A stretch of 64,000 nt of DNA from Phoronis australis (taxonomy: Eukaryota; Animalia; Phoronida): contig NMRA01000626.1 of NCBI GenBank assembly GCA_002633005.1, positions 172,547 to 236,546 on the forward strand, given 5' to 3'. Below the pieces are notes generated by a model, which worked only from the letters and a program-made list of their open reading frames with translations, was not told where the DNA came from and did no database searches. The first letter of the stretch is position 1, and every line of letters begins with the position of its first letter. This document shows positions 53,801 through 62,632 of the stretch, piece by piece. The translations under genes were made by a program, and so were the position numbers.

Positions 53801-56800
53801 AAGCCCAAAAAGCCCTAGAAAGCATTGCATCTGAAATTGAGAGTCAACACCACGCCATAGACCCTATTCACGCCGACAGGAGGCGCGTTCCAAAACGAGG
53901 CTCGCTACGATAGCTCTGTTAGCTTATCGGCATAGTTCTGTGTTTCAGTCCGTGTTGTTCCGCGAACGACTACAAAAAATACGGACACGCAACTGTCTGC
54001 TTTACAATCTCTAAAGACGTTGAGATTCGGAAGCGTTGGGTCGTTGCCATACGCCGCGACGAAGCAAAATATGTCCGTGTAAAATTTATAAATGTTTTCG
54101 AAAAGTTAGATCATATTTTGTCGCATCTCGGTCAGTTGTCAAGTATCATAGTAATAGTAGTAATACACTTTATTCACTTTAAGTCAAAAACCAAAAAATA
54201 CAGTTGATACAGATTTACGCTTATGGAGACTCCGTGAAGGACCCGAGAGGTCCGCTGACCACGGAGCCACCAGAGAATAAGAAAGAAAAATTACAGTGTT
54301 ACAGATAAGCAGAACTATAAAAATTAGGTGATGATGCACTTTAAAACTACTTGTGTAAAGACTTAGAGAGATTATCGAAAATAGTTACATACAAAGCAGT
54401 TGGGAATAGTGCACTCAAGTTCATAATTTTCAAAACAAACATTCTTTACATAATTTATAACAGAGGATAACGAATGGGTAAAAAGTTTTTGGGAGACACT
54501 TTCAGGAAGGTTATTAATGATATGAGGTAGGGCATTTCGAACTGAATCTTCAACAAATGATTTAGTACAACGGGGAGTATGTAAAAGATGTCGTTGCCTA
54601 GTGTAATGTTCATGAACAGACCCAAGAGTTATTAAATTGAACGTGTTAAAAAATGAAGGTAAGTAATTATGAACATATTTGTAGAAAATTTTAATAATAG
54701 CAACAACATACAAGTCCTTTATTTTGAGTAATTGTGTAGTCTTAAATAAAGGATCTGTATGGGCATTAAAATGATTAGAGGTAATATTGCGAATAACCTT
54801 TTTCTGTAAATTAAATATTCTATGATGTTCACACCCCCATAGCAGAATGCCATAATTAAAATGAGGAAGGACAAGGCCATTATATATAGTTTTCAAAGTT
54901 TCAAAGGGCAAGAAATGTTTTAGGTTATTAAGAACACCACAGAATCTGCTTATCTTTCTCAACAAATTGTTCATGTGTGGACTCCATAACAAGTTTTCGT
55001 TGATGGTAACACCAAGTAAATTGAAAGAGTGAACTCTTTCAATTTCCAAATTATTGAACTTTAAATAAAAATCATCAATACATTTTGGGGGTTTATGAAA
55101 AACCATGAATTTTGTTTTAGTTGCTATTAAAATCAGTCCATTTACGTTTAACCAAGACTGAATTTTCTCCAGCTCCGTATAAAACATGCGTGACTCATTA
55201 ACAGACAACGTGCTATGAATACCATTAATAATAGTAGTATCATCAGCATAGAGTATGCAGTCAAAGAAACTTGAATGTGCACTTCACAAAATCATTCATA
55301 TAAATAATGAATAATAACGGACCCAATATAGACCCCTGTGGAACACCTCGTACAATTGGAACTGTGTTAGATTTTGTGTTGTTAATTTGAACATACTGAG
55401 CATGATTAGAGAAACAGTTTCTCAAGAAACTTAAAGACAAAAAGTTTGTCAAGCAAAATTGAATGACTTAAAGAGTCAAAAGCTTTGGAAAGATCAATTA
55501 GAATGGCCAGGGGTAATTTATTATTTTCCATAGCCTTGACAATTCTATCCATAATTTCAACTAAAGCCAGTTCTGTAGAGTGCCCCCCACGAAAACCATA
55601 TTGGGCAGGATGTAGCAAGCCATTAGATTGAAAATATTGGTAAAGTTGATTATAAATAAGTTTTTCAAAAATCTTAGAAAAGCAAGGAAGAACAGAGATA
55701 GGCCTGTAATTATCTAAAAACAATGGGTCCCCTTTTTTAAATACAGGAATAACCTTGGCAATTTTCATGTTGTCTGGAAAAAATTGATTGAAAATGGACT
55801 GGTTAAACACAACACAGGTTCAATAATAGATTATTTAGATATTTTATTATTTTCATAGATATGCCATCATGACCACAAGTGGGTTTAGCTGGAAAAGAAT
55901 TAATCACTTTTCTAATATCAATTGGAGAGATTGGTTCAAAATCCAATCTGCATGTTGCAGTGGAGTCACGATCAAAAAAGATGTGTGAGATACTTGAAGA
56001 ATGAATAGGTTGGGAGTGTGAGGCAATATTACTAAAATAATTATTAAAATGATTAACAATCTCACCCTCGTCACAAACTATTTCATCATTTATCTCCAAT
56101 CTAGTAGGATTATTCGATAAGACATTTCTATTCAGTAAATTATTAATTTCTTTCCAAGTGTCCTTGGGAGAACCAACATGTGCCCGAAACTGATTGTGAT
56201 AATAAAGACTCTTAGCCCTTTTCAAAACATTTTTTAGAATAATGTTATAGGTTTTTAGGTTTGTTTTTAATGAGACATAATTAATAGCACTTTGAGGGGT
56301 TGACTTGAGTCGTTTATAAAGCCTGTCTCTAAACCTAAGAGAGTTTAAAATACCTTGGGAGATCCAAATATTCTTTTTGTGCTTATATTTATTGAATCTT
56401 ACTTTTCTTACTGTATTGAACTTATTTAAACAAGCAAGAACAGAGTCCTGAAGTAAATTGTAATTCATATTGGGATCACCATTCAAATTTGTATCCATGT
56501 GAGAAAGTACATTGTATGACGAAAATTCATCATACACCCTTTTCAAACAATCATCATTAATGACATTTCTGTAAGCAAATTTGGGAGCNGGGGGCATGGC
56601 CCCTCTAAAATTGTATCAGATCCCATTTTTGAGTTCGGGTGCGAATTGCTGACTAGCACACGTGCGCAACCAGGGGCTCTTGGGGGGGGTGAATAAACAA
56701 CGCATAGGCGCTGAATGAACCCCGTTTACCGTTTTTTTTCCAAAAAGGACAGGGTCCTCAATCCCTCAAATTTGGGGCCCAATATCGGCCCTATTCCCCT

Positions 56801-59800
56801 CTCAAAAGTATTGAAATATCACGCGAAATTCCCCCCACGAGGCATAAAAATTCCCCTAGTGAAAAATCTCTCTGAGTTCACTTCACCTGTAACCACACAG
56901 GTGACAATTTTTAAGAGCACAAAAGGCTACTTTAAATTGAGACAGAGCCTATGAGAGCTTGCAACAGGGCGGGGGTGCTATTGATGGTGATCGGGAGGTA
57001 GATTGTTCCCGCCCTCACTCGGCGAAAAAATCGCCTCTCAGTAGGCACCTTTCCCCTCGGATGAAAGAGGCCCTGCAGAAACATGATAACTATGATTACA
57101 TTGTCCAGTTAACTGAAATTGAGTTCTAAAACGAGGTTATGTTTTGGACGAACGAATTAGGTGTTTTAATTTTAAAATTCAACTTGGTCCAGATTGATAT
57201 TTGAAATCTAACACATGAGATAGACGTAAGAATTATTACAACCAAGAAAGCAGAATTGATGGTCAAATAATTTTTATTTTCAATTACGTGCCTGTTTTTT
57301 TATTTTAATAAAAAAATATTTAATAACATCAATTATTCTTTCAGATCAATGACAATCAACTGTTAGTCCCAGTGAGTGCATAGGATCAGGCTATGCTTGA
57401 TGTTAATATTCTTGATCAGCAAATTAAACCAGATGTGGCTAATCCACCACTGTCAACTCGTCAACAATAAGCAGATGACCCGGTCCGCGTAGAAAGTATT
57501 TTAATCAACAATTTACAAGAAAAAACGTAACCCTGCATTCAACCGCTGATAATACCTAATCCGTAACACTAAGATCGCCTCAATTTGGTCATGTTTACTT
57601 TTCATGTTTCGAACCTAGTTTTCCGAAAAAAAATAAATCCTTTCGTCAGACAATGCTTTGGCGCCTTAACTTGTTCTCTAATGTAATTTTCTACATCTCT
57701 GTGGTTAATTGTCGACACACCATTAAAATTTAATATCCAGATTGGACTCGAAAGACCGGCTATTTAACTCACGCAATGTCTACTTTCGCTTTGTTTATCG
57801 CAGTGAGCCTCGCTTTGGATTTTAATGTTCGCCGCGTGAATAGGGTCTATACCATTAACGTTCTACATAACCTTAAGCTGCTTCCTACAATAAGTCAACA
57901 CTGCCTCCCATTACAGACTTATTTCTATACAGAATGATCTGTATGTTTTGGAAAAATACCAGTGACTAAGTTTTGAGTTGAATCTAGACATTTGCTCTCA
58001 TTTGTTTAAATCCTTTTTGTACCCTTTTTGAATGCGGGTATTATCAATAGAAGCATGACTGCCAGCCAAACTTTCTCAGTTATGACACAAAATCGATAAT
58101 CAATCCTAACTTTGTCCTTGCTCTCCGACACAGCGAGTCAATCTACATGACATACATTAGTCAAAAATATATCATTCAAACAGTCTCGCACTACCATACC
58201 ATGCCTGTCTGTGACTTTGGAAAGAGTAAATGAGGCCAACAATTGGATCTCAAAACCGCGAAGAAGGATCTTTTTTAATAAATTGTAGTGGCACAGGATA
58301 CAAGTCAGTCCCAGCTATGGTCTTGATGTCACCTCCAACAACTGAACTGTAGAAGTGGTTTGTAAGATGCTGTGTCCCCAGTTCATAAACAATGTCAAGC
58401 ATGACGTAAAATTAATTTAGGCTCGTTTCAACATTTGAAAGCACGCCTTCAGTCTGCAAAACATAGTGGTGTAGTACGGGAGAATGGTCACAAAAGGCTC
58501 AGAAGGTTGATTTAATGACGTCAATAGCAACTGGCAAAAGGCACACGCAAAGATGAGAATCGTATGTAACTGGGATAAAGTAAAAATGTCACGCAACCTG
58601 TAAGTTGCATCAAGTATTACGAAAGTTTGCACCGCCATGATGTCCAATGTCATTTACACGGCTCAGTGCACTTTTCGAGCACTGCCAAGTACATTACTAC
58701 AGGAAATTATGCCTCACTTGGCACATTTTTGCATTTTGAATTTTTCTTCAGCTGTTTGCTTAATGTGTGTCTTTCATTTCAAGAAAAACTTGAGATCTTG
58801 GCTGAAACTTGTGAGCGCGGGAGCAAAAAGTACTATAAGTCGAAAAGTATAATTTTTTCTTTGAAAAACGTGTCTCTTCAGACAAAGGCCCTGCTCAGTG
58901 TCTCAAGAATATAGTACATAATTAATATGCATAACTGCAACAAGTCATTATGCCTCAAGTCAAAGGAAACACATCATGAGTTACAATTTCAAGTTTGGTG
59001 TTGTTACTCTGCATGGCTTCAAGAGAGTCCTCCTCATTACAGAGAGACACAGGTATTGTATAATACAGCCAACAAAATAATTTCAATAGACTAGAGACAA
59101 AACAATTTCATAGTGAAAACATCGGCCATTAACATAATTGTAGTTGAATAATGTATGCCCCTTGAAACTAAAATGAAAGCCAAACCCAGACCCATTTATA
59201 TTTGATGAGTCAATCGGCATATATTTCATAAAGTAAAGTTCATTTACATAATTCCAGATTTGCGTAATGCCGACTAGTGTGTAGAACATCGATGTTCCAG
59301 AGTTTGTATTTTTGGGATGATGGTAATGTGCACAGGCATAATCAAAGAAAGAATTAAATTTTATGGTTGAGGTAAGATGGGATAGCCGCATTAAACCTAC
59401 ATAACAATCTACAATACAAAGGACAGTGTGTAACCTATGCTTCATCCAACTTGGGTTTGAAAGCAAGTCATACACATGCTCCTTCTTTTAAGATGCATTT
59501 CTAAGGCAGCGCCTCACCTACACCTGTCCTATAAAAGATAGCATACCTGTAACTCTGTTTTGTATTTTGGAAAACGCTTGAATGATTGACGTCAACTCGC
59601 TGTAGTGCGCTGAAAGAAATGAAAATGTATTGTGCACATAAGTGGATTTTGCTAGCACATAATTTTAATTTTTGAAATTAAGTATTAGGGAGACTGTGTT
59701 ACACACTGCCAGACTTTGATTACAATTTTGCAGGACGTATTTAATAGTTTGGTGAAAGTATTAATTACGATAGAATGCTTAACCCAGCTTTTTGACAAAA

Positions 59801-62632
59801 CCCAGCCAGAGTTTCATGTCAAGTTACTGCAGCCTGCCACAAATTATTTGTGAAATGCAAAATTGTGCAAGGAGCAACAATTGTTAAGGTTTTGTCAAGA
59901 TTTAGAAAATAATGTACTGATTGACTGCATGTTTAGCCACGTTTTTTACATTGACTTGGTCAAATATTGACGTCGCATTCATTTTCACCTGTTGCATGTT
60001 ACTTTCAAGAAAATGAGGACAAAGCAGATATTTAAGGCAATAGACAACATTCACTACAATGGATTTAATTCAAATAACTTTTAAAATATTAATAGTAGAC
60101 CCATCAAACCTATATTTTTGAATGCTTGATGAACACAAAATTTCACGTTCTGATATTTGTAATCACATCATTCCATTTTAAAAATGGTACTAAAAATGAT
60201 GTTTTTACCAACTTGCAGAATACTGTATTTTCGACAAACACGTTTTCCCACAAAACTTGCAAATTATGTTACTTCAATACACAACAACAGCCTGTCTGGT
60301 TCCAAAGACGTCAAAAAGAGTGGAACATAATTATGGATCGAATGCCATAACGCATGAAAACCATGACTTTAGTTTATTATATACAATACAAATTGAAATA
60401 TCATAAAATTGTTAAAATTGGGTGTTTTTTTAAATGACATGAACAAAATCATTCTGGTAAATCAGATGTTTGCTGAAAATTAACTTTCAGTTCGTTTAAG
60501 CTGGATGTCACTCGTTAAGATGTCCAATATGAGCTTTTAGCGTTTTGGGGTTTAGAAAAAATACCACACTCATCTATTCTTGAATTAGTATCGAATGAGC
60601 AGTGAGGCAACTTAAACCAAAGGTAACGAATCAATACTTTCGTCATTTTTGATTCCACAATTATAAGGTTGGCCAATCCCACTACACTGTGGAGCATTAA
60701 CGTGAATACCAAGATGATTTTCATGTTCTTGTTGCTAACGGAAACAAAATCCTATCACTGACACAATTTTTTTGTGAGACCAACTTCGAAAGGAGTATTA
60801 CGAGACCAATCTTATGCGAGCAAAGGACCATAAATCATTTTTGCATCAATTAGCCACCTGAACAGGACAAAATACAGCAGTGATTTGAAAATTAAATTAT
60901 TCAATTCATTCATTTCATCAAAACACCAAACCTGTTTAATGAGGAAGCATAGTTGATGAGAATTACCAACCAAAGGTATGCCACAAAAATACCTACTGGA
61001 GACCATTTTCTTTAACTTGGCATCGCTGTCCCTATACTCCTTTTCTAGTTTTGACTTCTCCTTCTCTCGCTGTTCAGTGTCGGCACTAAAAATAACACAA
61101 CAATAAACTATTATTAAATGTGGTGACTCAAAACCCATGACAATTTCAATAATCCCACATATTAAGTAATTTTCTTTCAAATTTAATAGACTCAGATTTG
61201 GTAGACTCCGTTTCAGTATGTATAGTCTTTCCACATAATTCATTTTAGTTCTATCCAAGATAATCAAAATTTTAAAAATTCACATCAATTTTGTGGGCTT
61301 GTTTTGTTTGGTCATCCTGTAATTTGCAAAATAAAAAACATGCATATCTAAGGGAGCTTTTTGTAATTATGAAACACACAGCAAAAACTACTGCCTTTTT
61401 AATGCAAAAATAATGTTATTGCTCCGAAACTGAAATGAAACTTCGTATTTTATGAATAGATTGAACGGAACTAAAACAGCATTGCAGAACGATAAAAATT
61501 TGGGCATTAATTTTTATCCAGTGAAACAAATAAATCAAAATTATTATGTAAATAATACATTGTATTGCAATGTGTGGAGTCTTTGGAAAATGCTGACCTT
61601 TTTTCATCGTAAGTTGAAGAATTTTTACTGCACTACAGAATGAGCGAAAAATATAACTTGAAGAAATTTTACAATTTGTATGCAAGTAATACAGACAGTG
61701 CATCGGTACACAATTCTTGGTGAGAATGACTCTGAATTAATACTTAAACATGTTTCAATGAAAGACTTGGATTGACCATTCCAATTTGGAATCTGCTTCA
61801 CAAAACTAAAAAACGTAAGGCAGAAATTTCGTCAGGCATTCGCATTTTATAATTGCTCAAAAGGTTAAGTCAACCAATCATGAGTGCTTACCTTGTTATG
61901 ATTAATTAATCACAGAACGATATAAAATCTGCTCAATTATTCTGGACCGTGAGTAATCAGCACAGGCAGGAAGAACCATTATCACGAATTACATCATTGG
62001 AATGCAGTGCCTGGTTGCAAGAAACAGTCCCAACTAGGAACTCACCTAATTGCCTTAAATCTACTAGGTATTGGTACGTTTGTGAAAACACTGATTGTCT
62101 TTTCTTGTGCTGTCCAATTATTATTACTAAGCCAATTTTCAGCTTTGATACAAATCAAGACTAAGCTCAACAATGAATTCTCAATATTAATGAAAATAAC
62201 TAGAGATTTTTTCATGCAATGCCCCCAATTTGAGGACAAAGTCCCAAATTATTTTGATTGAATTATGGACTGTTTTCATTCATATAATTATGAAAACATT
62301 CTTAGTCAAAGAGGAGCGCATAATAAAGATGAAATGATGAAATTATACCGTCCTATGAGTAAAGACTGAAACAAAATACGTAAAAGATTTAGGAACTCAG
62401 TCGAGTCCCTATTATCGAATGTTCCGTGCAACTGGTCTCCAGCTTCATATGGTAAGAAGGTTGATCTACTTCCAGATTCAAGATTGGGGGATAACAAGGC
62501 AGAGATATGATGTCTGCCATGAGCTCATGTCTGCATTCTGATCAGACAGCATGTCAATGCAGTATCATGCAACTTAAACAGAGAAATATACCTTGAAGAA
62601 AGAGTGCGAATCACAGACATCAGAAGCCCAGA
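2713..62632 (-). CDS. EXOC4: Exocyst complex component 4 (Sec8), multi-exon gene; 24 coding exons identified, first exon and one internal exon not found
   Basis: Spliced translation is collinear with human EXOC4 as I recall it: [108 protein letters not shown]. All introns GT-AG with matching phases. Confidence 0.97.
3983..4094 (-). CDS. EXOC4: EXOC4 exon: [37 protein letters not shown]
   Basis: 112 nt, phase 2 to 0; near-identical to the vertebrate sequence. Confidence 0.95.
4274..4554. repeat. 39-bp minisatellite, ~7 copies
   Basis: Unit TTTAACAGAATGTGGCCTACARGTTGCCAAYGTRATCCA. Confidence 0.95.
5700..5795 (-). CDS. EXOC4: EXOC4 exon: [31 protein letters not shown]
   Basis: 96 nt, phase 2 to 2; FEGLGHL motif. 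Confidence 0.93.
6354..6472 (-). CDS. EXOC4: EXOC4 exon: [39 protein letters not shown]
   Basis: 119 nt, phase 0 to 2. Confidence 0.93.
6943..7040. mobile_element. Fragment of the HINE-like family at 42056-43245
   Basis: AAAATGGCCACTA...GATAGTGTCAT...CTAATAGATGCCTA resembles 42742-42840. Confidence 0.55.
7305..7451 (-). CDS. EXOC4: EXOC4 exon: [49 protein letters not shown]
   Basis: 147 nt, phase 0 to 0; [14 protein letters not shown] motif. Confidence 0.94.
7627..8513. repeat. ~90-91-bp tandem repeat, ~10 copies, running into the assembly gap
   Basis: Unit ATGAAAAGCATCCAACATACAGCGCTGTCATGGTTGG...GACAAGTGACATCATGGGTCTATATC. Confidence 0.95.
8514..9260. other. Assembly gap (N run)
   Basis: 747 consecutive N. 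Confidence 1.
9261..10280. repeat. 56-bp near-perfect tandem repeat, ~18 copies
   Basis: Unit AATACAATTCTTAGTAACAGGTATACTAGAGGCTATTAAGTTACTTCAGACGTATA; register recurs every 280 nt (5 x 56). Confidence 0.97.
10348..11515 (+). mobile_element. Deleted Ty1/Copia (GalEa-like) LTR retrotransposon remnant: partial LTR, RT fragment, PPT, LTR
   Basis: RT fragment 10448-10930 ([30 protein letters not shown], then frameshifted [19 protein letters not shown]); direct repeats 10348-10436 and 11323-11445; polypurine tract GGAAAAGAGAGAG immediately before TG at 11323. Confidence 0.82.
10937..11260. repeat. 27-bp minisatellite inside the Copia remnant
   Basis: Unit CATGTTAGAATTGTAGTTAGAGACAGG. Confidence 0.93.
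12545..13056. mobile_element. MITE (PIF/Harbinger-like termini)
   Basis: Perfect 13-bp TIR AGGCCCTTTCATA ... TATGAAAGGGCCT with degenerate subterminal symmetry. Confidence 0.75.
13415..13949. mobile_element. Degenerate TTAA-flanked non-autonomous element (Kolobok/piggyBac-type target)
   Basis: Starts TTAAGGTTA...TAGAAAAATGTCCACATTTGGCT, similar to the start at 31679; ends ...CTATCTTTAA. Confidence 0.35.
14135..14190. repeat. (CA)/(CACG)n microsatellite
   Basis: CATGCACGCATGCACACACGCACGCACACACACAC. Confidence 0.9.
14365..14700 (+). mobile_element. Degenerate Penelope-like element 3' fragment (GIY-YIG endonuclease remnant)
   Basis: Frameshifted translation [26 protein letters not shown]...[12 protein letters not shown]...VNILD. 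Confidence 0.6.
14985..17381. mobile_element. 2.4-kb non-autonomous TIR DNA transposon with TA target duplication (Tc1/mariner-pogo type)
   Basis: TA|CTCTCGAGTTCCGAATAGT ... ACTATTCGGAACTCCAGAG|TA (1 mismatch); many subterminal CTATACTATTATT repeats at both ends. Confidence 0.8.
17417..17700. repeat. 21-bp minisatellite, ~13 copies
   Basis: Unit GCAGGWAGGAGAGTTCATCTT. Confidence 0.95.
18086..18102 (+). promoter_or_regulatory. 3' splice acceptor of a 5'-UTR intron of the GT32 gene
   Basis: Polypyrimidine tract plus CAG 44 nt upstream of the ATG. Confidence 0.6.
18147..19103 (+). CDS. Glycosyltransferase family 32 (DxD sugar-binding; Sur1/Csh1/Och1-like, MIPC-synthase-like), 318 aa, single coding exon, nested antisense in an EXOC4 intron
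   Basis: Intact ORF with an N-terminal TM anchor, [35 protein letters not shown] (DxD), MSTGP, HxxGSWHxxD and a C-terminal hydrophobic segment; splice acceptor TTTTCCCCTTTTCAG ends at 18102. Confidence 0.88.
   Translation: MRTCRKFITSTATKLILVILATVTAVEFIAFTHYFVTTLTESEEMRRQILMDRSDHPVDTSEKTPRIIHQIWQPHYMAEMPKNWRTGMESWIKHNPGWEHMMWNDEKINNLIIKHYPWFMEFYKTYRTRVQRFDAAGYLIMYHYGGIYVDMDITCPNDRVLQELIDDNYSATLFRKRFYSMGTDIFVGKRRSAFFRYVVLWLFKSRRFYLFPHWNIIMSTGPQFMYGMYAQYPFKSEILVHERIYANSRLIDHDTGSWHEWDAHIFSAFMHVLPWLSIASFLAILFKIRFCNLAPHVVHYWTRLNSYRLWLPQYDQYV
20864..21089 (-). CDS. EXOC4: EXOC4 exon: [10 protein letters not shown]...[10 protein letters not shown]...[11 protein letters not shown]
   Basis: 226 nt, phase 2 to 0; lies within ORF 20771..21130. 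Confidence 0.93.
21427..23432. mobile_element. 2.0-kb TTAA-flanked TIR element (Kolobok-like, non-autonomous)
   Basis: TTAA|GGCGGGTGTATACAC ... GTGTATCCACCTGCC|TTAA (13/15 TIR match). Confidence 0.75.
23650..23737 (-). CDS. EXOC4: EXOC4 exon: [28 protein letters not shown]
   Basis: 88 nt, phase 1 to 2; ISASWA motif. Confidence 0.93.
24552..24640 (+). mobile_element. Degenerate tRNA-derived SINE head
   Basis: A-box-like GTGGCTTAGTGAG and B-box-like GGTTTGAGT at tRNA-like spacing; no intact cloverleaf. Confidence 0.35.
25400..25538 (-). CDS. EXOC4: EXOC4 exon: [46 protein letters not shown]
   Basis: 139 nt, phase 0 to 1; YSxQFLNM motif. Confidence 0.93.
26452..28125. mobile_element. Probable unclassified repetitive element with subterminal direct repeats
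   Basis: GGTAAGCCGAGCATGGGCG repeated near 26502 and 28053; TACCGCCC / GGCGGT(T)A motifs at both ends; CpG-richer than the flanks. Confidence 0.4.
28788..28861 (-). CDS. EXOC4: EXOC4 exon: [25 protein letters not shown]
   Basis: 74 nt, phase 1 to 0; LGxxxPLLQ motif. Confidence 0.9.
29760..29905. repeat. 20-bp minisatellite, ~7 copies
   Basis: Unit TGGGGTGATATGGATATTCA. Confidence 0.93.
31679..32220. mobile_element. Degenerate TTAA-type MITE
   Basis: TTAAGGTTATGAAGG ... CCTTACATAACTTTAT imperfect TIR; 5' part similar to 13415. Confidence 0.4.
33416..34546. mobile_element. Internally deleted Kolobok-like transposon retaining a THAP domain (+) and a KolX-like N-terminus (-)
   Basis: TTAA|AGGAGAATGCCACCC ... 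GGGTGGTATTCTCCT|TTAA (14/15 match); THAP CIVPAC...FFRLP...RKWL...RVCGWHF; minus-strand GYQFEPEY. Confidence 0.85.
33543..33875 (+). pseudogene. Truncated THAP zinc-finger transposase N-terminus
   Basis: Complete C2CH THAP signature followed by an early stop; lies inside the TIRs. Confidence 0.75.
36552..36652 (-). CDS. EXOC4: EXOC4 exon: [33 protein letters not shown]
   Basis: 101 nt, phase 2 to 1. Confidence 0.88.
38166..38229 (-). CDS. EXOC4: EXOC4 exon: [21 protein letters not shown]
   Basis: 64 nt, phase 1 to 2. Confidence 0.9.
39097..39184 (-). CDS. EXOC4: EXOC4 exon: [29 protein letters not shown]
   Basis: 88 nt, phase 0 to 1; VCKxxxxNI motif. Confidence 0.88.
40231..40317 (-). CDS. 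EXOC4: EXOC4 exon: [29 protein letters not shown]
   Basis: 87 nt, phase 0 to 0; near-invariant Sec8 motif. Confidence 0.94.
40879..41019 (-). CDS. EXOC4: EXOC4 exon: [13 protein letters not shown]...[12 protein letters not shown]
   Basis: 141 nt, phase 0 to 0. Confidence 0.92.
41539..41610 (-). CDS. EXOC4: EXOC4 exon: [24 protein letters not shown]
   Basis: 72 nt, phase 0 to 0; similar to human EDIKLYDMADVWVKIQDV. Confidence 0.9.
42056..43245 (-). mobile_element. Helentron-associated non-autonomous element (HINE/DINE-1-like)
   Basis: Minus strand starts TTTTTATGCTCCCACA with hairpin CCACATAT-TT-ATATGTGG, then (CCGT)n, internal tandem modules AAAATTGCCACTAG; terminal hairpin CAACGC/GCGTTG and CTTGT end. 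Confidence 0.7.
45744..45885 (-). CDS. EXOC4: EXOC4 exon: [47 protein letters not shown]
   Basis: 142 nt, phase 2 to 0; QPxxLLELLEL motif. Confidence 0.93.
46318..46513. repeat. 49-bp minisatellite, 4 copies
   Basis: Unit GGACTCTAATCCAGGACTACGGATCGGTCATTACAGACAGCTAGGTACA. Confidence 0.95.
46669..46739 (-). CDS. EXOC4: EXOC4 exon: [23 protein letters not shown]
   Basis: 71 nt, phase 0 to 2. Confidence 0.9.
47055..47230 (-). CDS. EXOC4: EXOC4 exon: RDLIKVDQ...[28 protein letters not shown]
   Basis: 176 nt, phase 1 to 0; DPEEN motif. Confidence 0.92.
47490..48140 (-). mobile_element. Degenerate non-LTR retrotransposon (CR1/L2-group) 3' ORF2 fragment
   Basis: Minus translation [16 protein letters not shown]...KANRTRGF...[15 protein letters not shown]...DWNRLP, with stops and frameshifts. 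Confidence 0.75.
48401..49843 (-). mobile_element. Older, diverged HINE-like copy related to 42056-43245
   Basis: Starts ACAAGAG; contains AAATTGCCACTAGAGG...GATCCACCCGAAAGTCG modules; ends in a small GC hairpin plus A-run. Confidence 0.5.
50053..50322 (-). CDS. EXOC4: EXOC4 exon: [14 protein letters not shown]...[13 protein letters not shown]...HKRTGS
   Basis: 270 nt, phase 1 to 1; lies within ORF 50024..50350. Confidence 0.93.
50939..51027 (-). CDS. EXOC4: EXOC4 exon: [29 protein letters not shown]
   Basis: 89 nt, phase 2 to 1; VPxKL...KHYL motif. Confidence 0.92.
51211..51664. mobile_element. Palindromic (foldback) MITE, copy 1
   Basis: ~205-bp inverted arms CTCAAGGTACCTAAA ... TTTAGGTACCTTGAG around a ~35-nt loop. 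Confidence 0.85.
52114..52567. mobile_element. Palindromic (foldback) MITE, copy 2
   Basis: Same structure as 51211-51664, within the duplicated segment. Confidence 0.85.
53183..53321 (-). CDS. EXOC4: EXOC4 exon: [46 protein letters not shown]
   Basis: 139 nt, phase 1 to 2; highly conserved LLHCKRDEL motif. Confidence 0.93.
53859..57848 (+). mobile_element. ISL2EU/Harbinger-like TIR element with a THAP remnant, interrupted by a LINE
   Basis: AT|AGACCCTATTCACGC ... GCGTGAATAGGGTCT|AT perfect 15-bp TIR with AT duplication; decayed [12 protein letters not shown]...[18 protein letters not shown] at ~53935-54070. Confidence 0.7.
54150..56588 (-). mobile_element. LINE (CR1/L2 group, Crack/Daphne-like) ORF2 with RT, frameshifted; 5' end lost at the N join
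   Basis: ORFs 55803-56597, 55406-55810, 55261-55452 and 54372-55208 carry [34 protein letters not shown] and YADD; 3' UTR with AATAAA and a (TAC)n-like tail. Confidence 0.93.
59547..59609 (-). CDS. EXOC4: EXOC4 exon: [20 protein letters not shown]
   Basis: 63 nt, phase 1 to 1; similar to human [20 protein letters not shown]. Confidence 0.9.
60997..61085 (-). CDS. EXOC4: EXOC4 exon: [29 protein letters not shown]
   Basis: 89 nt, phase 2 to 1, AG/GT bounded. Confidence 0.9.
62592..62632 (-). CDS. EXOC4: EXOC4 exon (first visible): [13 protein letters not shown]
   Basis: AG/GT bounded, 41 nt, phase 0 to 2; matches the N-terminal SGLLISVIRTLS motif. Confidence 0.9.
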
